In this document: positions 17,243 through 26,871 of the stretch, in pieces | How positions within the stretch are numbered: the stretch's first letter is position 1 | Layout of the letters: each line of letters begins with the position of its first letter | Source: Candidatus Mcinerneyibacteriota bacterium | GTDB lineage: Bacteria; Macinerneyibacteriota; Macinerneyibacteria; Macinerneyibacteriales; DSCS01 | Assembly (NCBI GenBank): GCA_016937175.1 | Contig: JAFGWL010000013.1 | Coordinates: forward strand, 18,821-82,820 | Length of the DNA: 64,000 nt | Reading direction: 5' to 3' | Made by a program: the position numbers and the translations under genes | The notes under the pieces: generated by a model | Told to the model about the DNA's origin: nothing | The model's database searches: none | What the model saw: only the letters and a program-made list of their open reading frames with translations

Positions 17243-19666
17243 CCATTTGATGGCCATGAGAAGGTCTCCCTCGCCGCACCTGGCGTCCGGCTCTTTAACC
17301 GGCGCCCGCTTTTCAACCTTCAGAAGAGAATCTATCTGACGGAGGACCCCCTCTTCGAACTCCTTTTTGGCATATCCCTCATCGTCCAGTAATGCGATGG
17401 GATGAGCCAGAGAAAGTTTATGTTCTGATTTAGCTTTTCTTATAAATTCCACATATCTGAGGACTTTCTCTCCCTCTTCAGCTGCTCCGTCGAAAGCCTG
17501 ATAGTTTTCAGGCAGAGGCCAGGGGGCCAGATGAATGGACTTTTCGGGTAAAAAGTCAGTGAAATAGAGTTGATAGATCTCTTCTGTGATATGAGGCAAG
17601 AAGGGAGCGAAGAGGCGCAGAACCCCGTAAAGGACTGTAAAAAGAGCCCACTGACTCCCCTTTTTCTCCTCTCGGGTCCCTTCCTTGATCTTGCCTTTCA
17701 CCAGTTCGATATAATTATCGCAGAGGTCTTTCCAGAAAAAAGTCTCGATGGACTGAAGTGCAAGGCCGTATTCATAGCGCTCGAGATATTCGGTGGCCGT
17801 TCCTGCCGTGGACCGGAAAGATTCCAGGATCCAGCGGTCCACACTGTTAAGGCTCCCCCCTTTTTCGCCTGAATAACCTTCCAGGTTCATGATGGCGAAT
17901 TTTGAGGCGTTCCAGAGTTTTGTGACGAGTTTACGCCCGTCTTTAAGGACATCTTCTGAAAAAAAAGTGTCCATCCCCAACCGCGACCCTGCCGTCCAGT
18001 ACCTGACCGGATCGGCTGAATGCTGAGCTACCAGAGCCTGGGGAGTCTGTCCTGCATTTCCTTTGGATTTGGATATCTTTTTGCGCTGAGGGTCCAGGCT
18101 GTGCCCGGATATCATGATGTTCTTCCAGGGTGGCACTCCATGATGGTAATAGGACTTGACGATGGTATAGAAAGCCCATGTGCGGATGATGTCATGTGCC
18201 TGGGGGCGCAGGTCCATGGGGAAGATCTCCTTCATCCGGTCGTCTTTTTCGCCCCATTTCCCGTTTATCTGAGGCGTCACCGACGAGGTGGCCCAGGTGT
18301 CCAGGACATCTCTCTCGGGGACAAAAGAGGTCCCTCCACAGGACGGACAGGGCTTTCCCGGGCCATCTTTCAGGGGGTTGACCGGAAGGGAGCTTTTATC
18401 GGCCACAACAGGCTCCCCGCAATCGTCGCAGTACCAGAGGGGGAACGGTACTCCAAAATAACGTTGTCTGGAGATCCCCCAGTCCCATTTGAGATTGGAA
18501 ACCCAATGTATATAACGCTCTTTCATGAATTCAGGGTACCATTTAATGGAATCAGCCAAGCGGATAAGCTCTTCTTTATGCTCGAGGATCTTGATAAACC
18601 ACTGTTTTTTAACGATAAACTCCATCTCCCGCCCGCAACGGTCATGAGTGTTTACAGGATGGGTGACATGGCGTTTCCCGCGTACGAAACCGCCCTCTTC
18701 CAGGTCGTTTATGATGGCTTTTCGCGCCTCTTTGATCTTCATCCCCTCGTAGGGACCCGCCAGGGTATTCATGCGGCCGTTTTCGTCTATGGCCTGGCGC
18801 AGCTCCAGGTTGTGGGTATGATACCATTCCACATCGGTGGAATCGCCGAAGGTACAGCACATGACCGCCCCGGAGCCCTTCTCCGGATCGACTTTGTCAT
18901 CGGGACGGATAGTCACATCGATATCAAAAAGCGGTGGGCGGACAGTCATCCCGTGGGCCTTTTTATACCTGGGGTCTTCCGGATGGACGAAGACAGCGGT
19001 CAGCGCCGGAAGGAGTTCAGGGCGCGTGGTGGAGATGATCAGTTCCTCTCCGTTTTCCAGCGTAAAGGCGATATCCACGAATTCCGAATCGAACTCTTTG
19101 TCTTCTGTCTCAGCCTGGGCCACAGTAGTCCGACAATGGGGACAATAGAGCGCCGGGGTAGCCTTATGGACCACATAGCCCTTTTCAAAGAGATCGATAA
19201 ACGAACGCTGGGAGATCCGGCGTGAACGCTCATCGATGGTGGAATAGAGCTGATTCCAGTCAGCCGAGAAACCCAGGCTTTGCCAGAGAGCCTTGAATTC
19301 CGCTTCTACTTCAGCAGAGACCTCAAGACAATGAGAGATGAACTCCTCCCTGTCCATGGAGGAGGCGTTTTTTTTCAGCTTTTTCTCCACAAGGCGCTCG
19401 GTAGGAAGCCCGTTATCATCAAACCCGAAGGGATAGAAGACATTGTAACCCCGCATGCGTTTGTATCGCGTCATGATCTCAGCCTGGGTATAGGAAAAGA
19501 CATGGCCGATATGCAGCTGTCCCGAGACCGTGGGGGGAGGAGTGTCTACTGAATAGACGGGCTTATCCCCTTTCCCTTCGTATGAAAAGATATTCTCCTC
19601 TTCCCAGAAACGTTGCCATTTTTTCTCTGAATCCAATCCGCCGTAATATTTTGGCAGCTCTTTCAT
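17231..19666 (-). CDS. valS: valine--tRNA ligase (short form lacking C-terminal coiled-coil)
   Basis: Class I aaRS: PPPTVSGQLHIGH (HIGH), KISKSKGN (KMSKS); editing-domain region TTRPELLPALTAVFVHPEDPRY resembles ValRS TRPETMxGDTAVAVHPEDERY; 811 aa. Confidence 0.65.
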   Translation of the reverse strand: MKELPKYYGGLDSEKKWQRFWEEENIFSYEGKGDKPVYSVDTPPPTVSGQLHIGHVFSYTQAEIMTRYKRMRGYNVFYPFGFDDNGLPTERLVEKKLKKNASSMDREEFISHCLEVSAEVEAEFKALWQSLGFSADWNQLYSTIDERSRRISQRSFIDLFEKGYVVHKATPALYCPHCRTTVAQAETEDKEFDSEFVDIAFTLENGEELIISTTRPELLPALTAVFVHPEDPRYKKAHGMTVRPPLFDIDVTIRPDDKVDPEKGSGAVMCCTFGDSTDVEWYHTHNLELRQAIDENGRMNTLAGPYEGMKIKEARKAIINDLEEGGFVRGKRHVTHPVNTHDRCGREMEFIVKKQWFIKILEHKEELIRLADSIKWYPEFMKERYIHWVSNLKWDWGISRQRYFGVPFPLWYCDDCGEPVVADKSSLPVNPLKDGPGKPCPSCGGTSFVPERDVLDTWATSSVTPQINGKWGEKDDRMKEIFPMDLRPQAHDIIRTWAFYTIVKSYYHHGVPPWKNIMISGHSLDPQRKKISKSKGNAGQTPQALVAQHSADPVRYWTAGSRLGMDTFFSEDVLKDGRKLVTKLWNASKFAIMNLEGYSGEKGGSLNSVDRWILESFRSTAGTATEYLERYEYGLALQSIETFFWKDLCDNYIELVKGKIKEGTREEKKGSQWALFTVLYGVLRLFAPFLPHITEEIYQLYFTDFLPEKSIHLAPWPLPENYQAFDGAAEEGEKVLRYVEFIRKAKSEHKLSLAHPIALLDDEGYAKKEFEEGVLRQIDSLLKVEKRAPVKEPDARCGEGDLLMAIKWGER

Positions 19667-19687
19667 CTCTGTTCCTCCTCGTTGATG

Positions 19688-20194
19688 TCAGGGTATAAAA
19701 GGGTCCCAGTCATGGGCCTTCATAATAAGATCGGTGATTTCACGGGCCGCTCCCCGTCCTCCGGGAAGGCTTGTCACATAATCGGCTTCCTGCAGCATGA
19801 GTTCGTGGGCATCGGACACGGTAAAAGCGATACCTGCACGCTTGAAGACCTCCAACTCGGGGATATCGTCTCCCACACAAGCTGTCTCTTCATCCTGAAG
19901 ATGATATTTGGCTTTCAACTCTTCATAGACAGAGAGTTTGTCTTTGATCCCCTGATAGACCTCTGTGATTCCCAGGTCCCGGGCCCTCTTTTCTACAAGG
20001 CGGGATTTTCGTCCTGTCACGATAGCAAGGACGATCCCCCGCGAGAGAAGCATTTTCATCCCCAGCCCGTCGCGGGAGTGGAACGCCTTATATTCTCTTC
20101 CTTCGTCATCCATATAGAGAGAGCCGTCGGTAAGGACGCCGTCCACATCGAAGATGATAAGCCTGATCTTTCTGAGCTGGTCTTCAAATGTCAT
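19688..20194 (-). CDS. kdsC: 3-deoxy-D-manno-octulosonate 8-phosphate phosphatase (HAD family)
   Basis: 168 aa; IIFDVDGVLTDG, GDDIPE motifs; in kdsA-kdsD-kdsC order. Confidence 0.85.
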   Translation of the reverse strand: MTFEDQLRKIRLIIFDVDGVLTDGSLYMDDEGREYKAFHSRDGLGMKMLLSRGIVLAIVTGRKSRLVEKRARDLGITEVYQGIKDKLSVYEELKAKYHLQDEETACVGDDIPELEVFKRAGIAFTVSDAHELMLQEADYVTSLPGGRGAAREITDLIMKAHDWDPFIP

Positions 20195-21147
20195 AAGATC
20201 CCCGCTTTGAGAATGTCATGAATATGGATAACGCCTTCGATATGCTCGGAATCGTCCACCACCACAAGAGAGGTGATATTGTAGTCTTCCATGTTTTTGA
20301 GGGCAAAAGCAGCTAACTTATCCTCAGTGATGGTCTTGGGGTGGCGGATCATGATATCTTTCATAAGGATTTGATTGAGAGAGTCATGGGTCTGCAGAAA
20401 ACGTTTGAAATCTCCGTCGGTGAAGATGCCCAAAAGATGTCCTGAATCATCTGCAACGGTGGTCATCCCCTTTCCCTTGGAGGAGATCTCATAGATGGCC
20501 TCTTTCAGCGGCGTCTCCGGCGAGACCCTCGGGATGGCTTCTCCTGTGACCATGAGATCGGCCACGGTAAGCAAAAGTTTTTTCCCTAAAGCTCCTCCTG
20601 GATGGTAGAGGGCGAAATCTTCAGCTTTAAACCCCTTCTCTTCAAGAAGGGTGATAGCCAACATGTCTCCGAGGACGAGAGTGACCGTCGTGGAAGCTGT
20701 AGGGGCCAGGTTCAGGGGGCAGGCCTCCTTCTCCACAGAGATATCAAGGACTTCGTCGCTGTATCGGGCCAGGGTAGACTCCTTTTTCCCGGTAATAGCT
20801 ATGAGAGGGACGCCCATGCGTTTCAGAGTCGGCAGTATCTTGATGAGTTCTTCTGTCTCCCCGCTGTTGGAGATGGCGATGACCAAGTCTTCCCGGCGGA
20901 TCATACCCAAGTCGCCATGAGAAGCTTCCGCCGGATGAAGAAAAAATGATGGAGTCCCGGTACTGGCCAGGGTTGCCGAGATCTTTCGGCCCACGAGCCC
21001 CGATTTGCCCATCCCGGTGATGACGACGCTTCCCTTGACCGAGGCCAGCAGAGTCACTGCATGAAAAAAGCGATTGTCGATCCTGTCGTAGAGTCTCTTC
21101 AAAGCCTCCAGTTCCACATCCAGAACGCGCCGGGCCGCCTCTTTCAC
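20191..21147 (-). CDS. kdsD: arabinose-5-phosphate isomerase (SIS + tandem CBS)
   Basis: 318 aa; SIS motif [11 protein letters not shown]-terminal CBS pair; overlaps kdsC and kdsA by 4 nt. Confidence 0.85.
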   Translation of the reverse strand: MKEAARRVLDVELEALKRLYDRIDNRFFHAVTLLASVKGSVVITGMGKSGLVGRKISATLASTGTPSFFLHPAEASHGDLGMIRREDLVIAISNSGETEELIKILPTLKRMGVPLIAITGKKESTLARYSDEVLDISVEKEACPLNLAPTASTTVTLVLGDMLAITLLEEKGFKAEDFALYHPGGALGKKLLLTVADLMVTGEAIPRVSPETPLKEAIYEISSKGKGMTTVADDSGHLLGIFTDGDFKRFLQTHDSLNQILMKDIMIRHPKTITEDKLAAFALKNMEDYNITSLVVVDDSEHIEGVIHIHDILKAGIL

Positions 21148-21968
21148 AGGCTCTCCTCCTTGACAAGGGTATCGAGTTTTTTGAAAAAATCCAGCATAGC
21201 GGGAAGGTCTCTCAGAGAGACCATATTGGGCCCGTCGGAGAGTCCTTTGTCCGGGTCGGGATGTACTTCCATAAAGAGTCCTGCGATACCGGCGGTAAGA
21301 GCGGCTTTAGCCAGGGGAAATACATACTCACGGTTTCCCCCGCTTCGCCCTCCCAGCCCGCCAGGCTGCTGGACACTGTGGGTGGCGTCGAAAACAACCG
21401 GATATCCCATCTGACGCAACACGACCAGAGAGCGGATATCTGTGATCAGGTTATTGTAACCGAAACTTGCTCCTCTTTCGGTGAGAAGGATCTTTTCATT
21501 TCCCGTAGAGGCCACTTTTGCAGCGGCATGGGTCATGTCCCAGGGAGCTAAAAACTGTCCTTTTTTGATATTGACGGGGATCCCGGTCTTTCCCGCTTCC
21601 AGGAGAAGGTCAGTCTGACGGCAGAGAAATGCGGGAATCTGTATCATGTCGACCACTTGTGCAGCAGCCTTGGCCTGTTCCTCTGTATGGATATCCGTGA
21701 CCACCGGGAGTCCAAGCTCATCCTTGACCTTTTGCAGGATGCGGAGGCCCTCTTCCAGGCCGGGCCCGCGGTAGCTTTCTATTGATGACCTGTTGGCTTT
21801 ATCGAAAGAGGCTTTGAAGATAAAAAATATGCCTCTGTCCCTGCAGATCTTCTGAAGATCCTCGGCAATATCGAGCACCATTTTCTCCCCTTCGATGACA
21901 CATGGGCCGGCGATGAGAAAAAACGGTGAATCGTTGGAAAGTGTATGGTTTTGGATTGAAACAGCCAT
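21144..21968 (-). CDS. kdsA: 2-dehydro-3-deoxyphosphooctonate aldolase (KDO8P synthase)
   Basis: MAVSIQ...[11 protein letters not shown]...[11 protein letters not shown]...[17 protein letters not shown] signature; ORF-track N-terminal extension (MTFPTACDM...) is probably not translated. Confidence 0.9.
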   Translation of the reverse strand: MAVSIQNHTLSNDSPFFLIAGPCVIEGEKMVLDIAEDLQKICRDRGIFFIFKASFDKANRSSIESYRGPGLEEGLRILQKVKDELGLPVVTDIHTEEQAKAAAQVVDMIQIPAFLCRQTDLLLEAGKTGIPVNIKKGQFLAPWDMTHAAAKVASTGNEKILLTERGASFGYNNLITDIRSLVVLRQMGYPVVFDATHSVQQPGGLGGRSGGNREYVFPLAKAALTAGIAGLFMEVHPDPDKGLSDGPNMVSLRDLPAMLDFFKKLDTLVKEESL

Positions 21969-22056
21969 GAGCCCTCCCTCGTTTAAATAACGGCGGGGCC
22001 CTTCTGACCCCACCGAAATCATATCACAGGCCGTTGGAAAAGTCAACGAAGGATGG

Positions 22057-25000
22057 TCAGCTGTTGATAAGGAGGAAAGGCCGGATTACCCCGGCTCTGA
22101 TCTGTGTCCGCCCGCTGATGCTGCCTACCTCTCCTGAATACTTCTCAAGGAAAGCGCGTGTCTCTTTGTTGAATGAACCCTGTCCGAATCCCCTGGTAAG
22201 GAGAAGGGTGAACCCGAGCCCCTCATCCCCGGTGATGGCGCTTCCCAGCTCTTCCCCCATGAAAGTGCGCCAGTCAGAGAGGACCATGGAAGGAGCGACA
22301 AGCCCTCTTACGCTTTTTTCCCGGCAGGCCTTAAGATGGTCCAGCGTTACTTCTCCGTTCAAAAAGAGGATCTTCCCCTCTTTTTCGCTTACTTCCCAGG
22401 GTACGACTTCTCCCCAATGCTCATGCCCGAACCCTATGCGCCCCGTCAGACGGTGTCCTTTTGCCTCTATAATGACTTCATAGCCCGGAAGGATCTCTTT
22501 GACACGCCCCCGGACAAAGGCATAGGTGATGAGAGGTTTGAAATCATACTGTATCGTCACACTTCCCTCTTCATGGTCTATTTTTTTCACGATTCCTGTA
22601 ACCGGGGCTTTCAGGCCGGGAGATTCCCGCATATAAAGAGTCTCTGAAGACAGTTTAACAAGGTGCATTCCCTTTTCGATGAAATCACCCTCTTTTACAC
22701 TAAGATATCCCTTCATATGCCGCGGCCTGATATTGAGAAGAGAAGCCAGGGGGATTTTCACAGGTTTTGTGGAGTAGTCCTGGATCTCCTCAAGGACAAT
22801 GATCCCGTTCTCCTCTACAGCCAGGACACGTCCGCGGACAGGAGTCTTCAAAACATGATGTTTTTTCCCGATCTTTCCGTCAAAAACTGTCTGGTTGGTG
22901 GAGACGATGTCGTTTTCCCGAACCGTGACACCTGCCAGAAGCTCCTCTTTTTCAGCCTTGATGTCATATCCCAGAAGCCTTCTGAGGTCTACCATGAAGA
23001 TCCGCGGAGGAGTCATATTGTTTTCTCCCACGGGGGTCTCAGGGCGGACTTCGTCTCCTGCTTTTACCAGGACCTCCCCTTTGTAGGGCATCCTGCGGGG
23101 GACATCAGCCTTGATATCTTGCTCCAAAGAGACATGTTCGAGAGGAGCCTCCTCGCCGGGTTCTGCCTCCCCCTGATAAAGAGTGACATAGGAAGTGAAT
23201 GGTTTCCCGTTGAAGAAGCGCCCCCGCCCCCGGCAGTCTATGACCACGGGAAGAGCGGAATCGATAGTGACTTCGTTACCGTTTTTGTCCAGAGAGACGT
23301 TTTTGGCCGGGATAACTCTGGCTTTGAGCCCCTGGGGATAAAAGAGCAGAGAACCCCATGCGACTTCCGTAGAGACAGCCCCCTCTTCCCGGATGAGAGT
23401 CAGGGCGCTCTTTTTTTCATCGTAGACCTTCCCGGTGGGAGCCAAAACATAAGCTATCTCCCTGAGGCTCGACTCGACAAAGGCATCCAGGGCTTCGGTG
23501 GGTGTGAGCGTACTTAGGATACCGAAATGGGGGCTGCGGAAGCCCTTGTCTATTGCCAGAGTCGTGATCCCTTCAGGGAGGAATCCGTCCAGAAGCATAT
23601 GAACAGCTTCAGCATCTTGGCGGGTATGGGAAAGGACGCCTCCGGATCCGATAAACAGGTCGATATCGGCAAACTGAAAGGATTTCGGTGTATCTCTTAT
23701 TGAAAGGATCTCAGAGAAGGGATCGAAATTCTCGTCCCGTCTCCTCCGGTCAAGAAACCCTACACGCAGAATCCGGAAATTAGTCTTCTGATGCTGCTCC
23801 CAGGCAAGACGCAGGCCCAGAACAGCTAAGTGCTGTTCCACTTCGATCTCCCACTCTTCTTGAGGAAGGCGGGTGGGATAGAGCATCTTGTTTCCGCAGT
23901 ACCTGCGTGCCGCCTCAGCGCTTAGCGGTGCTTCCAGGCGACCCGCCACCGCCTCTTCCCCGGCCTCTTTGAAGATCTGGCCTATTGAATAACTCATCCC
24001 GATATTGGCTGCTACGGTCCGGTTATATTCTCCGATGATATTGGAGAACAGGTCGGTGGTGGCTCCTCCCATATCGGCCATGACTACGTTTTTGCGTTTC
24101 ATCTCACCATAGAGAGAGAGGATCTTCTCTACACCTACAGGAGTCGGCAGGATATGGTCTCCGGCCCATTTTTTCAGCTTGGGGTATCCCGGAGCCTTTT
24201 CCATGACATGGTTGAGGAAGAGATGATGAATAGAGGCCTGGGCGGGAAAGATATTGGTCTTTTCAAGCGAAGGGCGGAGGTTCTCTGTCACATGGCAATT
24301 AAATCCCTGCAGAGTCTTCAGAACCAGTCCACGGGCATTGGTATTTCCCGCATAGACAACAGGAGGCCTTTCCTGACGGGAATATTTCATAGTAGGCTCC
24401 GAAAGAGCCAGTATCTCGGCCAGACGCACAACTCCGGCGATATTCCCCCCGTCGATCCCCCCAGCCATAAGGATCATGTCGGGATGGATGTCGTAGAGAA
24501 AACGCATGCGCTCTATCACAGGAAGCTCGTCATCGATGGTGAAACGCCTGAGGATGACTCCTCCCGCTCCATTAGCCGCCTGAGACGCCACTTCTCCGGT
24601 GTCGGTGGAAGAGACGCCGAAGACAGCTATCTGAAGTCCCCCGCCGGCTGAACTGGTGGCCAGCATCGGGATTTGCGGCTTTCCGGCTGATGTGACGATC
24701 TTCTTCCCCTTGTACCGGGAATCGATCTCCCTTAGTGCCGCAGTTACCCCTATGGTGACATCATTATCCGGGTCTTCCACTGTGGTTTTTACATAGGAAT
24801 CGGCTGCCACCACCCATCTATTGCCCTCTTTAGTCAAAAGGACAGCTTTTGTGGCTGTACTGCCTATATCGACAACGGCAAAGGCCTCCTCCTTCTCCAG
24901 AGGGTCTCGCCCCCCGGATCCGAAAAGGTCATCCAGAGAGCGGCCGAAGATCTGGGCCATCTTCAGGCAGATCTTCAAAGAAGGGTTGTACCTTCCTCCT

Positions 25001-25104
25001 TCGATAAGGGCTACAGTCTGACGGCTGATGCCCAGTTCCGCTGCCAGGTTTTCCTGGGTATATCCCGCCGCTTCACGATATTTCCTGATCCGCTCACCGT
25101 CCAT
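22057..25104 (-). CDS. 1015-aa fusion: XRE-family HTH, ASKHA (actin-like) ATPase domain of GlmL/MutL family, C-terminal ~440-aa extension with barrel-sandwich-like repeats
   Basis: N-terminal [41 protein letters not shown]; phosphate-1 [20 protein letters not shown], phosphate-2 [15 protein letters not shown]; C-terminal repeats like [20 protein letters not shown] at 25102-25104 with GGAGG RBS. Confidence 0.7.
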   Translation of the reverse strand: MDGERIRKYREAAGYTQENLAAELGISRQTVALIEGGRYNPSLKICLKMAQIFGRSLDDLFGSGGRDPLEKEEAFAVVDIGSTATKAVLLTKEGNRWVVAADSYVKTTVEDPDNDVTIGVTAALREIDSRYKGKKIVTSAGKPQIPMLATSSAGGGLQIAVFGVSSTDTGEVASQAANGAGGVILRRFTIDDELPVIERMRFLYDIHPDMILMAGGIDGGNIAGVVRLAEILALSEPTMKYSRQERPPVVYAGNTNARGLVLKTLQGFNCHVTENLRPSLEKTNIFPAQASIHHLFLNHVMEKAPGYPKLKKWAGDHILPTPVGVEKILSLYGEMKRKNVVMADMGGATTDLFSNIIGEYNRTVAANIGMSYSIGQIFKEAGEEAVAGRLEAPLSAEAARRYCGNKMLYPTRLPQEEWEIEVEQHLAVLGLRLAWEQHQKTNFRILRVGFLDRRRRDENFDPFSEILSIRDTPKSFQFADIDLFIGSGGVLSHTRQDAEAVHMLLDGFLPEGITTLAIDKGFRSPHFGILSTLTPTEALDAFVESSLREIAYVLAPTGKVYDEKKSALTLIREEGAVSTEVAWGSLLFYPQGLKARVIPAKNVSLDKNGNEVTIDSALPVVIDCRGRGRFFNGKPFTSYVTLYQGEAEPGEEAPLEHVSLEQDIKADVPRRMPYKGEVLVKAGDEVRPETPVGENNMTPPRIFMVDLRRLLGYDIKAEKEELLAGVTVRENDIVSTNQTVFDGKIGKKHHVLKTPVRGRVLAVEENGIIVLEEIQDYSTKPVKIPLASLLNIRPRHMKGYLSVKEGDFIEKGMHLVKLSSETLYMRESPGLKAPVTGIVKKIDHEEGSVTIQYDFKPLITYAFVRGRVKEILPGYEVIIEAKGHRLTGRIGFGHEHWGEVVPWEVSEKEGKILFLNGEVTLDHLKACREKSVRGLVAPSMVLSDWRTFMGEELGSAITGDEGLGFTLLLTRGFGQGSFNKETRAFLEKYSGEVGSISGRTQIRAGVIRPFLLINS

Positions 25105-25118
25105 AAAGCCTCCTTTGT

Positions 25119-25168
25119 AACATATATTATATATTGTATAGTATAATATACATTTCTTTCATTGTCAA
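25119..25168 (-). promoter_or_regulatory. sigma70-like promoter (TTGACA-17-TATACT) plus AT-rich quasi-palindrome (candidate operator) for HTH-ATPase gene
   Basis: Minus strand TTGACA (25163-25168), TATACT (25140-25145); between -10 and RBS lies ACATATATTATATATTGTATAGTATAATATA (imperfect inverted repeat). Confidence 0.4.
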
Positions 25169-25204
25169 GGTTGCATCCCTCGTTTCTTCGTGTATATTAT
25201 CTTT

Positions 25205-25885
25205 ATGAAAGAACTTCTTTTGTTTGATATCGATGGTACATTGATCAAAGTAAATCATGCCGGCCGTGAGGCCTTTTGCGAGGCTCTCTTCTCACTTTTT
25301 CCCGATCTGATGAGGGGAGAGTTCTGTTTTTCCCTGCGTGGCGCCACAGATCTGGGTGTCTTCAAAGCCTTCTGCCGACAATCCGGAATTACTTTTTCTC
25401 AAGATCTCTGGGAAAAGTTCACATTCCTCTTCACAGAAGCCCTGAAAATGACATCTGAAAACTATCAATGGGAGGTTATTCCCGGTGCGCGCAAAATGTT
25501 AAACCATTGCTTGAATATCGGCCTCTCTCTGGGATTAGCTACAGGGAATACAAGGGCGGGATCTATGCTTAAACTCTCCTCGGCCCTTTTTTCTTTGAAA
25601 GATCCCGTCGGTGGTTTCGGCGATGATTGCCTGACAAAAATCGAAGCCGTCCGTAAGGCCCTTCTCGCCTTTTCTTCTGTAACACCGGACCACATCCTCT
25701 TTTTCGGAGATACACATAGCGATTACCAGGCGGCCTGTGAATGCGGGATCTCATTCACAGGGATCGCGGGACTCGATTTTCAATTGAAAAAGCGTAAATA
25801 CCCTTTTCCTGTGATCAAAGATTACCTTTCAATTCTTGACTCCCCCGGCTCACCCCTTTACAGGGAAATCTTCGGGGAATCCTGA
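25205..25885 (+). CDS. HAD-superfamily hydrolase (phosphoglycolate phosphatase-like)
   Basis: MKELLLFDIDGTLI (motif I), GDTHSDYQAA (motif IV-like); start probably ATG 25205; -10-like TGTATATT ends 6 nt upstream and there is no SD, so it may be leaderless. Confidence 0.7.
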   Translation: MKELLLFDIDGTLIKVNHAGREAFCEALFSLFPDLMRGEFCFSLRGATDLGVFKAFCRQSGITFSQDLWEKFTFLFTEALKMTSENYQWEVIPGARKMLNHCLNIGLSLGLATGNTRAGSMLKLSSALFSLKDPVGGFGDDCLTKIEAVRKALLAFSSVTPDHILFFGDTHSDYQAACECGISFTGIAGLDFQLKKRKYPFPVIKDYLSILDSPGSPLYREIFGES

Positions 25886-26500
25886 TATAAAGAGCAGGAT
25901 CCGTCCCTCTGTATAGGATATCTCTGTCTTTTCTCCGCTGACATTACTCAAAGAGAGGGTATCGGGGTCCAGAATGACACTGTCCAGGGGATAACGGGCG
26001 TCTTTTATGGTCACACCGTATGAACGCTCCAGAGGGAGAAGCGAAAAGAGAGTCTCCTTCAGGACAGAAAGCCGGAGAGTCTCGCCCGGATTTAATAGAG
26101 ACACAAGGCCATGGGATGTGGCCATCCTGACCTGGGGGCCGAACCTTTCCACGGCCCGAAGATTAAAATAAAAATGATCGGTACGGCCTCCGTCTGCGTT
26201 GAAAAGAGTGATCGTCTCATATGAATCTATTGAGCGTATATACTCCAGAGCATAAAAGAGGTCCGAAATATCCTTTTCGACGGGCAGCCTGATGACAAGG
26301 GGCTTCTTCCCCTCCAGAAGAGATGAATCTCTGAGAGAATCAAAATCTCCGATGAGGGCAAGGGGCTCAAGATGGAGCTTTTGACAGACATCCGCCCCGT
26401 GGTCTGCAGCATAAATATCAAACCGATCCCAGAGGACTCTTTTCAAAAAGCTGTAATCAGGAGACTCCCGGCCGGCGATGAGTGCTGCATCCTTTTTCAT
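25850..26500 (-). CDS. thiamine pyrophosphokinase
   Basis: 216 aa; GDFDS motif and NADGGRTDH region typical of TPK. Confidence 0.7.
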   Translation of the reverse strand: MKKDAALIAGRESPDYSFLKRVLWDRFDIYAADHGADVCQKLHLEPLALIGDFDSLRDSSLLEGKKPLVIRLPVEKDISDLFYALEYIRSIDSYETITLFNADGGRTDHFYFNLRAVERFGPQVRMATSHGLVSLLNPGETLRLSVLKETLFSLLPLERSYGVTIKDARYPLDSVILDPDTLSLSNVSGEKTEISYTEGRILLFISGFPEDFPVKG

Positions 26501-26519
26501 AGCCTGCTACGCCACCCCC

Positions 26520-26867
26520 TCAAAGGGTAAGGCTCTCACGGAGCCGGGAAGTCTCGCGGAGATAACAGAAAAAACGCTTGTCTCTTCCCCTGGCCGTGAG
26601 GAGAAACCTTATGGTCAGAGGAAGGCTCTTTTCAACACCCATCTCCTGGACGCACAGCAGGGGAAGTGTTTCAAACCCCAGACTTCTGATGGCAGCGCAA
26701 GGATAGGAAGCAGTGATATCTGGAGTAGCACTGATGAGAAGAAAATGGATCTGCCGGGGCTTTATCGACGCTTTTTTGAGAACGGCGGCAAAAAGTTCCT
26801 GTGTCCCCTTTCGGATCTCTTCTTCGGTATTGGACGGAATATTAACGGCACCCCGGACGACCTTCAC
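26520..26867 (-). CDS. aroH: chorismate mutase, AroH class
   Basis: 115 aa; MKVVRGAVNIPSNTEEEI...LISATPDITASYPCAAIRSLGFETLPLLCVQEM parallels B. subtilis AroH. Confidence 0.8.
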   Translation of the reverse strand: MKVVRGAVNIPSNTEEEIRKGTQELFAAVLKKASIKPRQIHFLLISATPDITASYPCAAIRSLGFETLPLLCVQEMGVEKSLPLTIRFLLTARGRDKRFFCYLRETSRLRESLTL

Positions 26868-26871
26868 CCTG

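Noticed and set aside
18020-19225. Long plus-strand ORFs listed in the track: 18020-19225, 22663-23517, 32136-33125, 44909-45838, 48934-49893, 61107-61994
   Set aside because: Each lies antisense within a minus-strand gene with strong homology (valS, HTH-ATPase, cytidylate-kinase-like/secreted protein, COG2403 GTPase, lepA, ftsK). They have low-complexity or G/R/P-rich translations and no RBS. They are shadow ORFs.
21969-22046. N-terminal 26-aa extension of KdsA ([26 protein letters not shown])
   Set aside because: The conserved KDO8PS N-terminus begins at MAVSIQ. The extension is an artefact of the longest-ORF rule and would overlap the upstream gene's 3' region.
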